A stretch of 64,000 nt of DNA from a bacterium (GTDB lineage: Bacteria; Patescibacteriota; UBA1384; XYA2-FULL-43-10; JAKAMI01), in contig JAKAMI010000001.1 in NCBI GenBank assembly GCA_021812945.1, forward strand, positions 3,637 through 67,636, given 5' to 3'. Shown piece after piece: positions 29,271 to 39,500 of this stretch; position 1 is the first letter of the stretch, and each line of letters opens with the position of its first letter. The position numbers were made by a program, and so were the translations under genes. The notes under the pieces were generated by a model. That model worked only from the letters and a program-made list of their open reading frames with translations. It was not told the origin of the DNA and searched no databases.

Positions 29271-30657
29271 ATTTGCCCCCCACCATTTCTTTAATTATTA
29301 GAACCACGGTTTTTAGAATTATCTTCATGTCAAACCACAAAGACCAGTTTTCGATGTAAAAGATGTCGTAGCGAACCCGCTCCTGGATAGAGGTGTCGCC
29401 CTTGAGCCCGTTGGCCTGCGCCCAGCCGGTCAGCCCGGACTTGACCCGATGGCGGCGGAAATACTCGGGGATCTCCTTTTGAAACTTTTCGACAAAAGCC
29501 GGCTGCTCCGGACGCGGCCCGACAAAGCTCATATCGCCTTTTAGAACATTGGCAAACTGGGGGATTTCGTCGATATTGGTTTTGCGCAAAAATCTGCCGA
29601 ACGGAGTGATCCGATTGTCGTTTTTCTCGGTCCAGAAACGGCCGTTTTTCTCGGCGTCTTTGTACATGGAGCGAAACTTGATCAAACGGAAAGTCTTACC
29701 GTCGCGACCGACTCTGTCGTGCGTGTAAAATATCGGGCCCTCCGAGGTCAATTTCGTCCCGATGATCGCAATAATGGAAAAAGGCAGACTGACAACCAAA
29801 CCCATAACCGAGATCACAATGTCAAAAACGCGTTTGGCGATGCGTCCCCAGCCATCTAGCGGGGTGCTTCGGATCTCCATCATCGGCAAACCAACCAGCT
29901 CTTTGATGTCGACGTGGGAGGTGATCATGAAAAAGGTGTTCGGAATGAACTTAAAATCGACGTTGTTGTCGGCGCAGACCAGTACCAATGCGTTAATTTG
30001 CGACTCGGGGATTGACATATCTGTCAGAATAACTTCATCGACCTGTCGGCTTTTGATAATACTTTCCAGGTCACCTATCTCGCCGATGATCTTGAGGCCG
30101 TTGTCGTCGTGATTTTTAGCCCCGTTTAAGACCCCGATGACTTTCATTCCCAAAGAAACTTTTTGGTTGGAAAGTGAAATGATTTTCTGAGTGCATTCGT
30201 TGGCGCCGATGCAAATGGTTCGTCGGACACCGATGTCATAGCGAAAAAGTAGGGTGCGGATTTGGTCGATGATTACCCGACCGAAGAATACTAAAATAAT
30301 GGAGAGGGCCCAGGTGTAAACTAAGATTAATCTTGAAAAAAAGCTGACCTTGCCTAAGAAAATATAGACGATGAGGAGTAAGATCGCGGCCGAGGAGGAG
30401 ATGAATATTTTGTAAAGTTTGTTCGGCAGGTTGCGCTGGCGGCTGACATTGTAAAGTCCGGCAAGAGCAAAAAAGACCAGCCAGACTGGCAAAAGGTAGA
30501 CACCCGACCACAAGTAATCCTTCAGAAGCACGTTGGTGTAGGCGGGAATAATGTCGGTTTTGACTCGCAGCTGGTAGGCCAGCAGGAACGAGAAAAAAAT
30601 GGCGGCGGCATCAACCGGCAAGTGCAAAAAAGAAAAGAAAAGTTCGCTTCTTTTCAT
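29248..30657 (-). CDS. Polyprenyl-phosphate sugar phosphotransferase (WcaJ/WbaP type)
   Basis: KRVFDI, IKFRSM, DNRITPFGRFLRKTNIDEIPQFANVLKGDMSFVGPRP; N-terminal TMs. Confidence 0.93.
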   Translation of the reverse strand: MKRSELFFSFLHLPVDAAAIFFSFLLAYQLRVKTDIIPAYTNVLLKDYLWSGVYLLPVWLVFFALAGLYNVSRQRNLPNKLYKIFISSSAAILLLIVYIFLGKVSFFSRLILVYTWALSIILVFFGRVIIDQIRTLLFRYDIGVRRTICIGANECTQKIISLSNQKVSLGMKVIGVLNGAKNHDDNGLKIIGEIGDLESIIKSRQVDEVILTDMSIPESQINALVLVCADNNVDFKFIPNTFFMITSHVDIKELVGLPMMEIRSTPLDGWGRIAKRVFDIVISVMGLVVSLPFSIIAIIGTKLTSEGPIFYTHDRVGRDGKTFRLIKFRSMYKDAEKNGRFWTEKNDNRITPFGRFLRKTNIDEIPQFANVLKGDMSFVGPRPEQPAFVEKFQKEIPEYFRRHRVKSGLTGWAQANGLKGDTSIQERVRYDIFYIENWSLWFDMKIILKTVVLIIKEMVGGKYEYRHNS

Positions 30658-30793
30658 GACTTTATAGTAGCAAAGAACACTGATCTTCACAATATGCCAC
30701 TAACACTTCCTCACAAAAGTACAAAAATACGGATAATTATCTGACAAGGCAATCATCGCCTTATATTACCCTGCACAAGTTACTCGCTTTTCT

Positions 30794-30838
30794 GTCACCT
30801 CGGTCTAATTTCAGTCATCCTGAGCTTGCGAAGGATCT
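30794..30838. repeat. Family B arm GTCATCCTGAGCTTGCGAAGGATCT with a 20-nt stutter
   Basis: Arm identical to those at 52218 and 56415. Confidence 0.85.
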
Positions 30839-30856
30839 ACCGAAGCGGATTTGTCC

Positions 30857-30902
30857 GGATGATGACAGTCTTTGCAAATGCCTTTAAAGACTGTCATCAT
30901 CC
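30857..30902. repeat. Family C REP doublet
   Basis: GGATGATGACAGTCTTT-gcaaatgccttt-AAAGACTGTCATCATCC. Confidence 0.85.
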
Positions 30903-30962
30903 TATAGAATTTTTCAAGCGGTTTTGGCAGAGTCGGACTTATTGTGATAATATAACCGTAAG

Positions 30963-31493
30963 ATGGTACAGATAATCTTTGAAGCTCACGGCACGACTTT
31001 TGACAACGAGGCTAAGCGAGCCTCGGGGCACTTTGATGTTGATTTGTCCCCCTTGGGCGAAAAACAAGCCGAGGAGCTCGGAGAACGACGGGGCGATGAT
31101 AACTTTGATGCTATCTTTTGCTCAGACCTGAAGCGCTCTTTTCACACTGCCGAAATCGCTTTCGATGGAAAGACCCCGATCTTTCGAGACGACCGGCTAC
31201 GGGAGTGCGATTATGGAGACATGACTCTGAAGTCGAGCGATATTGTTGAAAAAGAAAAAGGCCAAAGAATCTCAAAACCCTTCCCCGGAGGAGAAAGTTA
31301 CGAACAAACGACTGAAAGGATGAAAGAATTTCTGACCAGTCTAAAAAGACATTATACCGGTAAAAAAGTCCTCGTGATTGGCCATCGCGCCACCCAGTAC
31401 GCTCTGGAGAATCTGATAAACAAAGTGCCCCTGGAAAAAGCGGTCACTGCCCCTTGGTCCTGGCAGCCGGGCTGGGAGTACAAATTATCATAA
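30963..31493 (+). CDS. Histidine phosphatase (phosphoglycerate mutase-like) family protein
   Basis: AHG (for RHG), SDLKRS..TA, LRECDYG, PGGES, VLVIGH. Confidence 0.85.
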   Translation: MVQIIFEAHGTTFDNEAKRASGHFDVDLSPLGEKQAEELGERRGDDNFDAIFCSDLKRSFHTAEIAFDGKTPIFRDDRLRECDYGDMTLKSSDIVEKEKGQRISKPFPGGESYEQTTERMKEFLTSLKRHYTGKKVLVIGHRATQYALENLINKVPLEKAVTAPWSWQPGWEYKLS

Positions 31494-31549
31494 TTTAGAT
31501 CCGATTTAGACTCCGAATTTAGACCCCAAAAAACTTTTGAAGCTATATT

Positions 31550-31599
31550 ATAAAATATGACATTATTTTCGTCATGACGAAAATAATGTCATATTTTAT
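31550..31599. repeat. Perfect 50-bp AT-rich palindrome
   Basis: ATAAAATATGACATTATTTTCGTCA|TGACGAAAATAATGTCATATTTTAT. Confidence 0.9.
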
Positions 31600-31693
31600 T
31601 ATCAACGCTCATCTGGTGTCCGGTGAATAAATTCTTAAATAAATTCTGGGTTAAAGTGTTAAAATATGTTAGTATCGGCTTAAGGAGAAATAA

Positions 31694-33064
31694 ATGGCGA
31701 AATTAAAGTCAATAAATCCGGCAAATGGTGAAGTAAATGGGGAGGTGAAGATCTCGATATCAACTGAGATCACGTCCAAAGTCGCGGCGGCTAGAAAAGC
31801 TTACGCCACTTGGCGAGAAGTTGGGCTAAAAGATAGGCTAAAATTTATCAAATCTATCAGAAACGAAGTTGCCAAGAATAAATCTGAAATAGCCAAATTG
31901 ACCACCATGGAGATGGGAAAGCCGGTTTCAGAAGCCAGACCGAGCGTCGAGTCGAACCTGAGGGCAATCGACTGGCTGCTTGATAACAGCGAAAGGATAT
32001 TGAAACCCGAAACGACCATCTCCAGCCCGTCCGAAATCCACCAGATTTTTTACGAACCGCTAGGGGTGGTCGCGGCTATCGCTCCATGGAATTTTCCCTC
32101 CGGCAATATGTTTATTCCTGTGTTAACTAATCTAATTGTCGGCAACACGGTGGTTTTCAAACATTCCGAGCTTTGCCCGTTGACTGGAGAATATTTGGCC
32201 AAAATATTTACTAAAATACTGCCAAAGGGCGTATTCAACCTAGTTAACGGAGACGGCAAGGTCGGCGAAGAACTGGCAAACCAGGACGTCGATTTGATCT
32301 ATTTCACCGGAAGCCAACCGGTCGGTCATAAACTTTACGAAACTGCCGCCAAAAAGTTCATTCGGGCATTTCTAGAACTTGGCGGTTCGGCTCCAGGCGT
32401 GGTTTTCGCGGATGCAGATCTTGGGCAATTAACTAAAAGTATCTTTGACCAAAGGTTTCACAACAACGGGCAAGTTTGTACCTCACTCAAGCGGTTAATA
32501 GTGGAAAAGTCGATCGCCGACGATCTGATCGACCGACTTTCCAAAATGTTATCCGCAAAGAAGATTGGTGATCCCCTGAAGAAAGAGACTGATTTCGGCC
32601 CATTGGCCAGCGAAAAACAGGTCGGACGCGCCAAAGTTCAACTGGAAGACGCTTTGAGCAAAGGCGCAAAGATCGTGGCCAAATTGGAATTACCGGAAAA
32701 TCTAAAAGGCGCCTTTTTCGCGCCGGTGATTTTGAAAAATATTCGGAAAAATATGAAGGTCTGGACCGAGGAAGTTTTTGCCCCCATATTGCCGATGGTA
32801 ACATTTAATTCTGAAAAAGAAGCCTTGGAGCTTGCCAACGAGACGCCTTTTGGCCTCGGAGGTTATGTTTATTCTTCCGACAAGAAAAAAGCCGAGCGAG
32901 TTGCCAGACAGATAGTAACCGGCAACGTCAGCATCAACGGACCCGAGTACTATCGACATCAAAATCCTTTCGGCGGGGCCAAAATCTCCGGCATCGGCCG
33001 CCAAAACGGCTCTCTAGGACTCCATAATCTTTGCAATATCAAAGTCATCGCCCACAAAAGATAG
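31694..33064 (+). CDS. Aldehyde dehydrogenase family protein
   Basis: IAPWNFP, FTGS, LELGG, NGQVC, EEVFAP, PFGG. Confidence 0.95.
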   Translation: MAKLKSINPANGEVNGEVKISISTEITSKVAAARKAYATWREVGLKDRLKFIKSIRNEVAKNKSEIAKLTTMEMGKPVSEARPSVESNLRAIDWLLDNSERILKPETTISSPSEIHQIFYEPLGVVAAIAPWNFPSGNMFIPVLTNLIVGNTVVFKHSELCPLTGEYLAKIFTKILPKGVFNLVNGDGKVGEELANQDVDLIYFTGSQPVGHKLYETAAKKFIRAFLELGGSAPGVVFADADLGQLTKSIFDQRFHNNGQVCTSLKRLIVEKSIADDLIDRLSKMLSAKKIGDPLKKETDFGPLASEKQVGRAKVQLEDALSKGAKIVAKLELPENLKGAFFAPVILKNIRKNMKVWTEEVFAPILPMVTFNSEKEALELANETPFGLGGYVYSSDKKKAERVARQIVTGNVSINGPEYYRHQNPFGGAKISGIGRQNGSLGLHNLCNIKVIAHKR

Positions 33065-33066
33065 AA

Positions 33067-33804
33067 CTATTGCCACAAAGGGCAGATGGTGCGAAAGTCA
33101 CACCAGATGCACTTTGGATTCTTTTTCGGTTTGAACTCTTTGGTCTTCTGGATATTTTCCGCGATCCCAAGAACTTTTTCTCGGGTTTTTTTGAACTCGC
33201 CGCTTGAGCAGGCAACTTCAACGAAGCGATTGTCGTAAAGATAATAGTACGATTTCTGGTGAATCGGGATCTCGGGAAATTTGATGAAAGCCGCAAGCGC
33301 ATAGAGATCCAGCTGGAGCGGATCCGGTTCGTCTTCAATATATTTGCCGGTTTTGTAATCGATAATTTTGAGGCCCTTAGCCGAGGTATCAAACCGGTCA
33401 ATCTTCGCCCAAAGCTCTACTCCGCCCAAATCGGTTTTGATGTTTTCCTCAGTGGCTACATAAGGGACAATCTCTGACAGCGGACTCTCCAGAAAATTAG
33501 TAAACTCCCGACCGGCCGTCTGAGCGTACCCCGTTACTGTCTTTCGATCCTTGAAAACGGCGTCGTGCTTGGCCTTATTAGCCTTATATTTTTGCTTAAA
33601 CAAAGCAATCATTTTCTCTTTGGTGCGTTCGGATTTTTCGAGATTTTTATAATAATCGTTTAGCACCGCGTGCATGATCGAACCGAAAATCAAAGGCGGA
33701 GTATCCTGATGGTACTTGTTGTAGACGCTTTTGTCGATATACCAGGCATACTCCTGCGGACAGCGCAAAAACTTCTCGATTTTCGTAAAACTCAGCTGAA
33801 ACAT
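33067..33804 (-). CDS. PD-(D/E)XK nuclease family protein (RecB/AddB-C-terminal-like)
   Basis: LSFTKI...CP, FGSIMH, KIDRFD, IIDYKTG, QLDLY, C..CDF..IC. Confidence 0.88.
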   Translation of the reverse strand: MFQLSFTKIEKFLRCPQEYAWYIDKSVYNKYHQDTPPLIFGSIMHAVLNDYYKNLEKSERTKEKMIALFKQKYKANKAKHDAVFKDRKTVTGYAQTAGREFTNFLESPLSEIVPYVATEENIKTDLGGVELWAKIDRFDTSAKGLKIIDYKTGKYIEDEPDPLQLDLYALAAFIKFPEIPIHQKSYYYLYDNRFVEVACSSGEFKKTREKVLGIAENIQKTKEFKPKKNPKCIWCDFRTICPLWQ

Positions 33805-33818
33805 AATTGCACTCGTTT

Positions 33819-33866
33819 ATGCCTAAAGACAGTCTTCACACGCCTAGCAAGACTGTCTTTAGGCAT
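33819..33866. repeat. Family C REP doublet at the 3' end of RAYT
   Basis: ATGCCTAAAGACAGTCTT-cacacgcctagc-AAGACTGTCTTTAGGCAT, overlapping the stop codon. Confidence 0.92.
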
Positions 33867-34435
33867 TAATCTACATCAAATACATCTGCAGGGAATATCT
33901 GACTGGCATTTTCCATCATTTCGAGAAATGTTCTTTTATTTAATCCCAAAGGGGCCAATAATTTACGATCGCAGTATCTATGTCGAGCGGTATTTGTATG
34001 CTCTCTATAGCTGGAGTACGGATAATCCTCAGGTTGCTTACAAAGATTTTCTTTCACCGGGTTTAGGTGTATGTAATCAACCAGATAATGAAGATATTCA
34101 TCGACAGTTACAATTTTTTGTTTGTACCGATCTTGGAATAAATGACCAATCGAATTATATTTCTTATTAAAAGATTTAGAATAGCTTGTGGTTAAAGGGG
34201 ACATAATTTTGCTTGGGGGATTTTCCAACAGTTGCTTTACCAGTAGATGAAAATGGTTAGGCATCAAACAGTATGCGATGATCGAAAAATCATATTTGTC
34301 GCAATTTTCTTTCAGTCGTTTTAGAAAATATAAATAATCGTAGAAGTCCACAAAAATGTTCCTCTTTTGATTCCCGCGATTGTATAGGTGGTACAGACAA
34401 TTCGGGGCGGATTCCTTATACTTAGAGACACCCAT
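33866..34435 (-). mobile_element. REP-associated tyrosine transposase (RAYT, Y1 HUH)
   Basis: YHLYNRG, YCLMPNHFHLL (HUH), LFQDRY, YIHLNPVK, YPYSSY; flanked by inverted REP doublets. Confidence 0.92.
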
Positions 34436-34506
34436 TTTGACCCTCCATATGTGTATATATGTGTATTATACCACTTATACCACCTGTATTCCAGATTGAC
34501 AGCTTT

Positions 34507-34554
34507 ATGCCTAAAGACAGTCTTGCTAGGCGTGTGAAGACTGTCTTTAGGCGT
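34507..34554. repeat. Family C REP doublet upstream of RAYT, inverted relative to 33819-33866
   Basis: ATGCCTAAAGACAGTCTT-gctaggcgtgtg-AAGACTGTCTTTAGGCGT; spacer is the exact reverse complement of the other copy's spacer. Confidence 0.92.
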
Positions 34555-34575
34555 GAATGGCATCGGGTGCGGATA

Positions 34576-34611
34576 AGAAAAATCCCTGCATTGCTGCGGG
34601 ATTTTTCTTTT
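34576..34611 (-). terminator. Probable intrinsic terminator
   Basis: AAGAAAAATCCC-tgcattgctgc-GGGATTTTTCTT just downstream of the small Cys-rich gene. Confidence 0.6.
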
Positions 34612-34636
34612 GATCAAAAACAAAAATTAAATCAGA

Positions 34637-34780
34637 CTATTCGGCTTTGCCGATACGATACATTCCGGTCCCGCAGTCCGGGCAAACGCCCTTGGTGGCC
34701 GGTTTGCCGTTTTTCATTTTGATCTGCTGAGGATTCTGCATCTCTTTCTTCGAGCGGCACTTTACACAATAAGCTTGCAT
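34637..34780 (-). CDS. 47-aa DUF5679-like zinc-ribbon protein (not in ORF track)
   Basis: MQAYCVKCRSKKEMQNPQQIKMKNGKPATKGVCPDCGTGMYRIGKAE; GGAGGTG RBS. Confidence 0.85.
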   Translation of the reverse strand: MQAYCVKCRSKKEMQNPQQIKMKNGKPATKGVCPDCGTGMYRIGKAE

Positions 34781-34885
34781 GTCTATCACCTCCTCTCGGG
34801 TGGATTTTGTCTAATGACGTTTAAACCTAAACGTACATTAACATTGTATTAGCCTCGAGCTAGCTTTGTCAAGAGCGTGGCGTCA

Positions 34886-35033
34886 AGTTATAAAGTTGAA
34901 AGTAGAAAGTAGAAAGTTATTGAATTAGTATTTATTCAGTCTAGTAATGGTATAATAGCTTTTTTAGACGTGATTTACTTTACGAACTTTATTAACTTTA
35001 CAACTTTATAAACTTTACAAACTTTATAATTTT
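34886..35033. repeat. AT-rich hairpin of degenerate AAAGT / AACTTTA units
   Basis: Direct reading; similar to 36410-36528 and 58768-58802. Confidence 0.75.
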
Positions 35034-35037
35034 AAGT

Positions 35038-35071
35038 AGATCCTTCGACTCGTTGACTCGCTCAGGACGAC
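35038..35071. repeat. Family B arm variant
   Basis: AGATCCTTCGACTCGTTGACTCGCTCAGGACGAC. Confidence 0.7.
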
Positions 35072-35092
35072 AATAAATGTCGCTTTATGAAC

Positions 35093-35545
35093 TTATCCCC
35101 CGAAGCCGGAAAGTTGAGCCAATTGGCTTAAAGTCTGCGTCCCGGAGACTTTTTGACCGTTGATCGTCCAAGTGGGATAACCCTCGACTCCGGCCGCCGT
35201 GCATTTATCCGGTTGGGCATTTTCGCCTTTTGGATCGCATTCGACATAAGTGATGTATTGCATGGCATCCCCAAAAAGTTTCTTTTGGTCCTGGCAATGA
35301 GGGCACCAATACGCTCCGTAAAAAACCGCCCCTTTTGAGGTTAGAAACTTAGCCAGCGCTACCGGATCGATTCCCGAGGTATCGGTGCTGGCGCCTTTGA
35401 CTTTGCCGGAAGTTACGGATCCAGCGACAGTCGAGTTGGCGGCTTGGTTGTTGCCCGGATTGTTATTTTTATTCGCTTTGATTCCGATAATGACGATAGC
35501 GGCTACTACCACCACAAAAACCACCATAGGTAAAAACTTCTTCAT
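35093..35545 (-). CDS. Membrane-anchored thioredoxin-like protein
   Basis: N-terminal TM, FYGAYWCPHCQDQK, YVECD, GYPTW. Confidence 0.88.
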   Translation of the reverse strand: MKKFLPMVVFVVVVAAIVIIGIKANKNNNPGNNQAANSTVAGSVTSGKVKGASTDTSGIDPVALAKFLTSKGAVFYGAYWCPHCQDQKKLFGDAMQYITYVECDPKGENAQPDKCTAAGVEGYPTWTINGQKVSGTQTLSQLAQLSGFGG

Positions 35546-35734
35546 CTGACTCCTCTGATTGTAACCGCTCACTGTATTGTCATTCTTAAACCTTAAGTCT
35601 TCCGAAAGATGAGAAATCTCCTGACCTGAAAATATTCTGCAGGGGATTTCTCGCTCGACATGACAGTAAGAGGTCACTTCTAATTTTAAATTGCCACCCC
35701 GCCGACTCTTAACCTCGCGCTGATAGCAAAAAGA

Positions 35735-36391
35735 TTATTTTATCCCTCCGGCGCGGCTATCCGGCTGATTTTCCTCATTTGCCAAAGCTTTACTCTCTCC
35801 GGAAAATTCGAAGAGGCCATTTTTTAAAACATATTTATCGACTAAGTAATTTTTGAGCGGATCATGGTCATAGTCTCTGTTATAGACTAAAATGTCAAGA
35901 CCGTTTTGATCTTGCTGGAAGTCAAATTTCGGTAAATCCGAGACGATACTCCCCGTAGTCGTGCCGTCTTTTTGAAATACCGCTCCCGCCATTCCGTTTG
36001 AGGTTACCTTGACCGCCTCCAGATTTCGCGAATGGGCGCCTACATCCCCTAAAAAAAACAGATAGTCCGTACCGTCAATCAAATAATGATCTTCCAGAGA
36101 GCAAATCTGTTCAAATCCGCTTAGCTCGAGACGCTCTTTCGCTCCGATCAGGTTATATTTCACCAATTCAAACGCGCGGTCTTTGGCATTTTTCTCTTTT
36201 GTCGAGAGGACAAATCTTGTCTTGAACCGATTGTCGTTTAGCTTCAAGTAGTAGGTATCTCGACCGATGGCACCCTTTTCCACCCCGAACGTATCGGCAA
36301 ATACCGAACCGTGGTCATAGATAAAATAAGCTATCACCAGGATCGGCACCATAATCAAACAGCAGATTAATAACTTTCTGGAGAGACTCAT
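35735..36391 (-). CDS. Hypothetical membrane-anchored protein
   Basis: N-terminal TM, 218-aa ORF co-oriented with neighbours. Confidence 0.7.
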   Translation of the reverse strand: MSLSRKLLICCLIMVPILVIAYFIYDHGSVFADTFGVEKGAIGRDTYYLKLNDNRFKTRFVLSTKEKNAKDRAFELVKYNLIGAKERLELSGFEQICSLEDHYLIDGTDYLFFLGDVGAHSRNLEAVKVTSNGMAGAVFQKDGTTTGSIVSDLPKFDFQQDQNGLDILVYNRDYDHDPLKNYLVDKYVLKNGLFEFSGESKALANEENQPDSRAGGIK

Positions 36392-36409
36392 TATTTACCA
36401 CCGATCGGT

Positions 36410-36528
36410 AAGTTATAAAGTTCATAAAGTCGTAAAGTTTGTAAAGTTCGTGAAGTTGTAAGGTTCGTGAAGTGACACAACTTTCAACTTTATAACTTTT
36501 TACTTTATAACTTTACAAACTTTATAAC
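36410..36528. repeat. AT-rich hairpin of 8-9-nt units (TAAAGTT / AACTTTA)
   Basis: Fills the spacer between the giant gene stop and the next gene. Confidence 0.8.
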
Positions 36529-39500
36529 TCATTGTCCCCTCATTTTGGTCAAAAACCTCGGCACCCAGGAGAAAGAACCGGTAATGGCGTCCATAATCAT
36601 CTGGAAGAGCTGTTTCTGCTTGGGCGGAGTGATCAGCGAAAAATCATCGGAAAAAGACTGATTGGCAGACCGATCCTTTGAGGTGACTCTGGCGTGGTAA
36701 GCCGAGTTTGCCTTGAGATCGTTCAGGATAATGACGTGAGTTTGGTTGAGAGACAAGTCCTCCTTTGTTTTCGAATCGTATGTTCCGGAAACCCCTTGGC
36801 CGTATTCGACCTGGCTTGTTGCCGACTCGTCGGTCTCCCAAGAGATGATGGCCTGATATTTGATGGCATTACCCGAACCGCTGGAGGTAATCTCGCTCTT
36901 CAGATTGGAAATGACCGGCGGAGTGGTATCGGCAGTGGTGGTGAAACTTATCTGACCGGAAACCGCGGTGTTGCCGAACTTATCCGTGCCTCTGGCAGTC
37001 GCGGTGTAGCCTTGCTTGGCCACCAAGCCGATGATAGTCACCGAGTGAATGGTGGTAGAATCGGATTTGCCCTGCTGACCCTGCTGGATGGCGGTTGGCG
37101 CATTTTGATCGACAGCCCGGCCTTCAACTTGAATAGCGGCGACGGGGGAGGTGGAAGCAAATTCAACATTGGAATCGGTATTGACGTTGGTATTCCAGGC
37201 GAGGGTGGCCGAGTTGGCCGAAGTCTCAGTAGCTTTGAAATCGGAGATTATCGGCTGCGCCGGAGTGGAAAAGACATAATCGTCCGAGGTGGTAATGTTG
37301 CCGTCCGTGTCTGTGGCTTTGATGCGGAGGTGATAAATGGCGCCGTCTTTAAGCTTGTCAAGCTTAAACTTGTGCTCGGTATTTAAGGTGGTGTCGATCA
37401 GGGTTGCGCCATAGCCGGTGGAATCGCCATAGTCCAAGCTAGTGATCGAGAGTTTGGAGGTGGACCAGGAGACCAGCGCTCCGGTCTGGGTAATGTCGGA
37501 GATAGTGGTGCCGGAAATCAGAAGCAGGATCCGCTCCGGTGTGGTGAAATCCAGCACATCGGAGTAACCAGCAATCTGAATCTCGTTCTTGGAGATAACC
37601 TTAAAGTAGTATTTAGCGGCCGGATCAAGATTGTAAAGCCAGATCTCGTGATTTAGAGTCATCTTCGGATCGCCGGCGATCTTAACGACCCCGCCATTAT
37701 CCGCAGTCATATCATCTTTGGCGTGGATTGAACTGGTCGAATAGGCCACCGAGGAGTCAGCGTTCTGATCGGTATCCCAGCTGATCTTGGCGCGAACTCC
37801 TTGGTCTTGTTTCCAGCCGAAGAGCTCGACCTTGGGTTTGGCCGTGACATCGGGTGCCGAACCGGGTTGAGATGAGAGCGGGCCGGCCGGAATAGAGAGG
37901 TTGCCGGCAGTGTCTTCGGCCTGAACCTTGTAGGCGTAAGTAATGCTGGAGGAGAGGTTAATATCCAGAAAGCCGTTTTTGGTGGTGGTGTCGACCTGAG
38001 AGTAAGTTGCGCCGTCGGTCGAACGGAAAACATGATAAGTCTTGGGTACCGGCACCACGTCATCCCAGACCAACGTCAAACGATACTTATTTGTCGCTAT
38101 GGTTGACCCATCCTTGATGGCAAAGTTGGCCGGCGTGCCATACAGAGTTTTGGAGGTCTGGGTTAAATTGTTCTCAAGATCCCTAAACTTGAAGTAGATA
38201 ATGTTTTTGTTTTGCAAATCAAAGTTATTCTTTGACGTTGCGTAACTCTCCCAGGAACCGCCGGCAAAGCCGGAGTCCATCGAGATCATCATCTGGATCG
38301 GATTTGAGTCATCGGTGACGTTTAAGACCAAGTTGACCGAGCCTCCGGCCGAGGCATCGCTAACAATCGAGTTGACCAACGGGTTCTTGGAGTCCAGAGT
38401 CAACAAGCTGGAATCGGCATAAGCATTTGAGCCTTGAGCGGTGACTTTGACCCGCATCTTGAAGGTGTTGTTCAAGAATTGGCCGTCAAAATCGACTTTG
38501 GGATCAAAGTAGGCGGTGTATTGCGGCAGGCTGGCGTCACCGTTGAAGCTGCCGTTGGTCTGTCCGGATTGAGCAGGGGCCGAAGCATTGGCCCAGGAGT
38601 TGCCGCCGGAGTTAAAGTAAGCGAGACTGACTTGGCTCGGCCAACGCAGTTTATACATCACCTTGACCTTGCCCGGATTGGCCGGATCGGTGCGGTCGAG
38701 CTGGACCGCCGTTACCTCTCTGGGGGCAATGTCGGCCGGCACGGCGTCTAAGGTGATACTCTTGTCGGTTTCAAGGTAAGAGTTGTCCTGTTTTTTGTAG
38801 GCATAAGAAACTTTGTAGTAGTAGTGGTTGCCGTTGGTCAGACCGGTGTCGGTGTAGTCAGTGCGCGTGCCGGCAGTTACCGCCAGCGGGTTGGGAGTGG
38901 TAACGATCTTGCTGTAGTTGGTCGGAAAGGCGGAACAGTCGGTGGTCGGGCTTAAAACGGGGCCTGCGGCGCAACGATAAATATAGGCCTGCGGCGTCAA
39001 GCCAGTGTCGGCCGGTATGTCAAAAGGATTGGTCCAAGTCAGGGTGACTTGCTGATAACCCGGGGCGGCTTCGATCAGATCGTTGACAAGGCCGGTGTGG
39101 TCGGTGGCGGTGTGGCGCGAGCCGGGAATATGAGTGGTAACGTAGACTTTGCTCGGATTGTTGGTCGAGGCCGGAAAGATACCGGTCGAGGCCGGATTTT
39201 TCGAAGGATCGGCCGGTTCAAGCCGCGGATCGGTTTTTTTGGTTGAAGGATCGGTAGCATAAGTCGAAGTTGGATCGACACATTCTGAGGCCGAAAGACT
39301 TTGGTAGCCGCCGGTTTGGAACTTGAAGTAATTTGTCGGGGTGTTTTGCGGAGTAAAGGTATGTGCCCCGAGATCGCCGGCCGGAAACTGGAAACAGCCG
39401 GAAGAGTCGGTCGAAACGGTCTTAGTGTAAGGCAAAACCGCTTGGGCATCGGAAGAATAAAAGTAAACCATACCGGCCTTAGAAGTCGGATCGTAGCCGT

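Noticed and set aside
33067..33804. Cas4 of a CRISPR system
   Set aside because: No array or other cas genes; better described as a standalone PD-(D/E)XK nuclease
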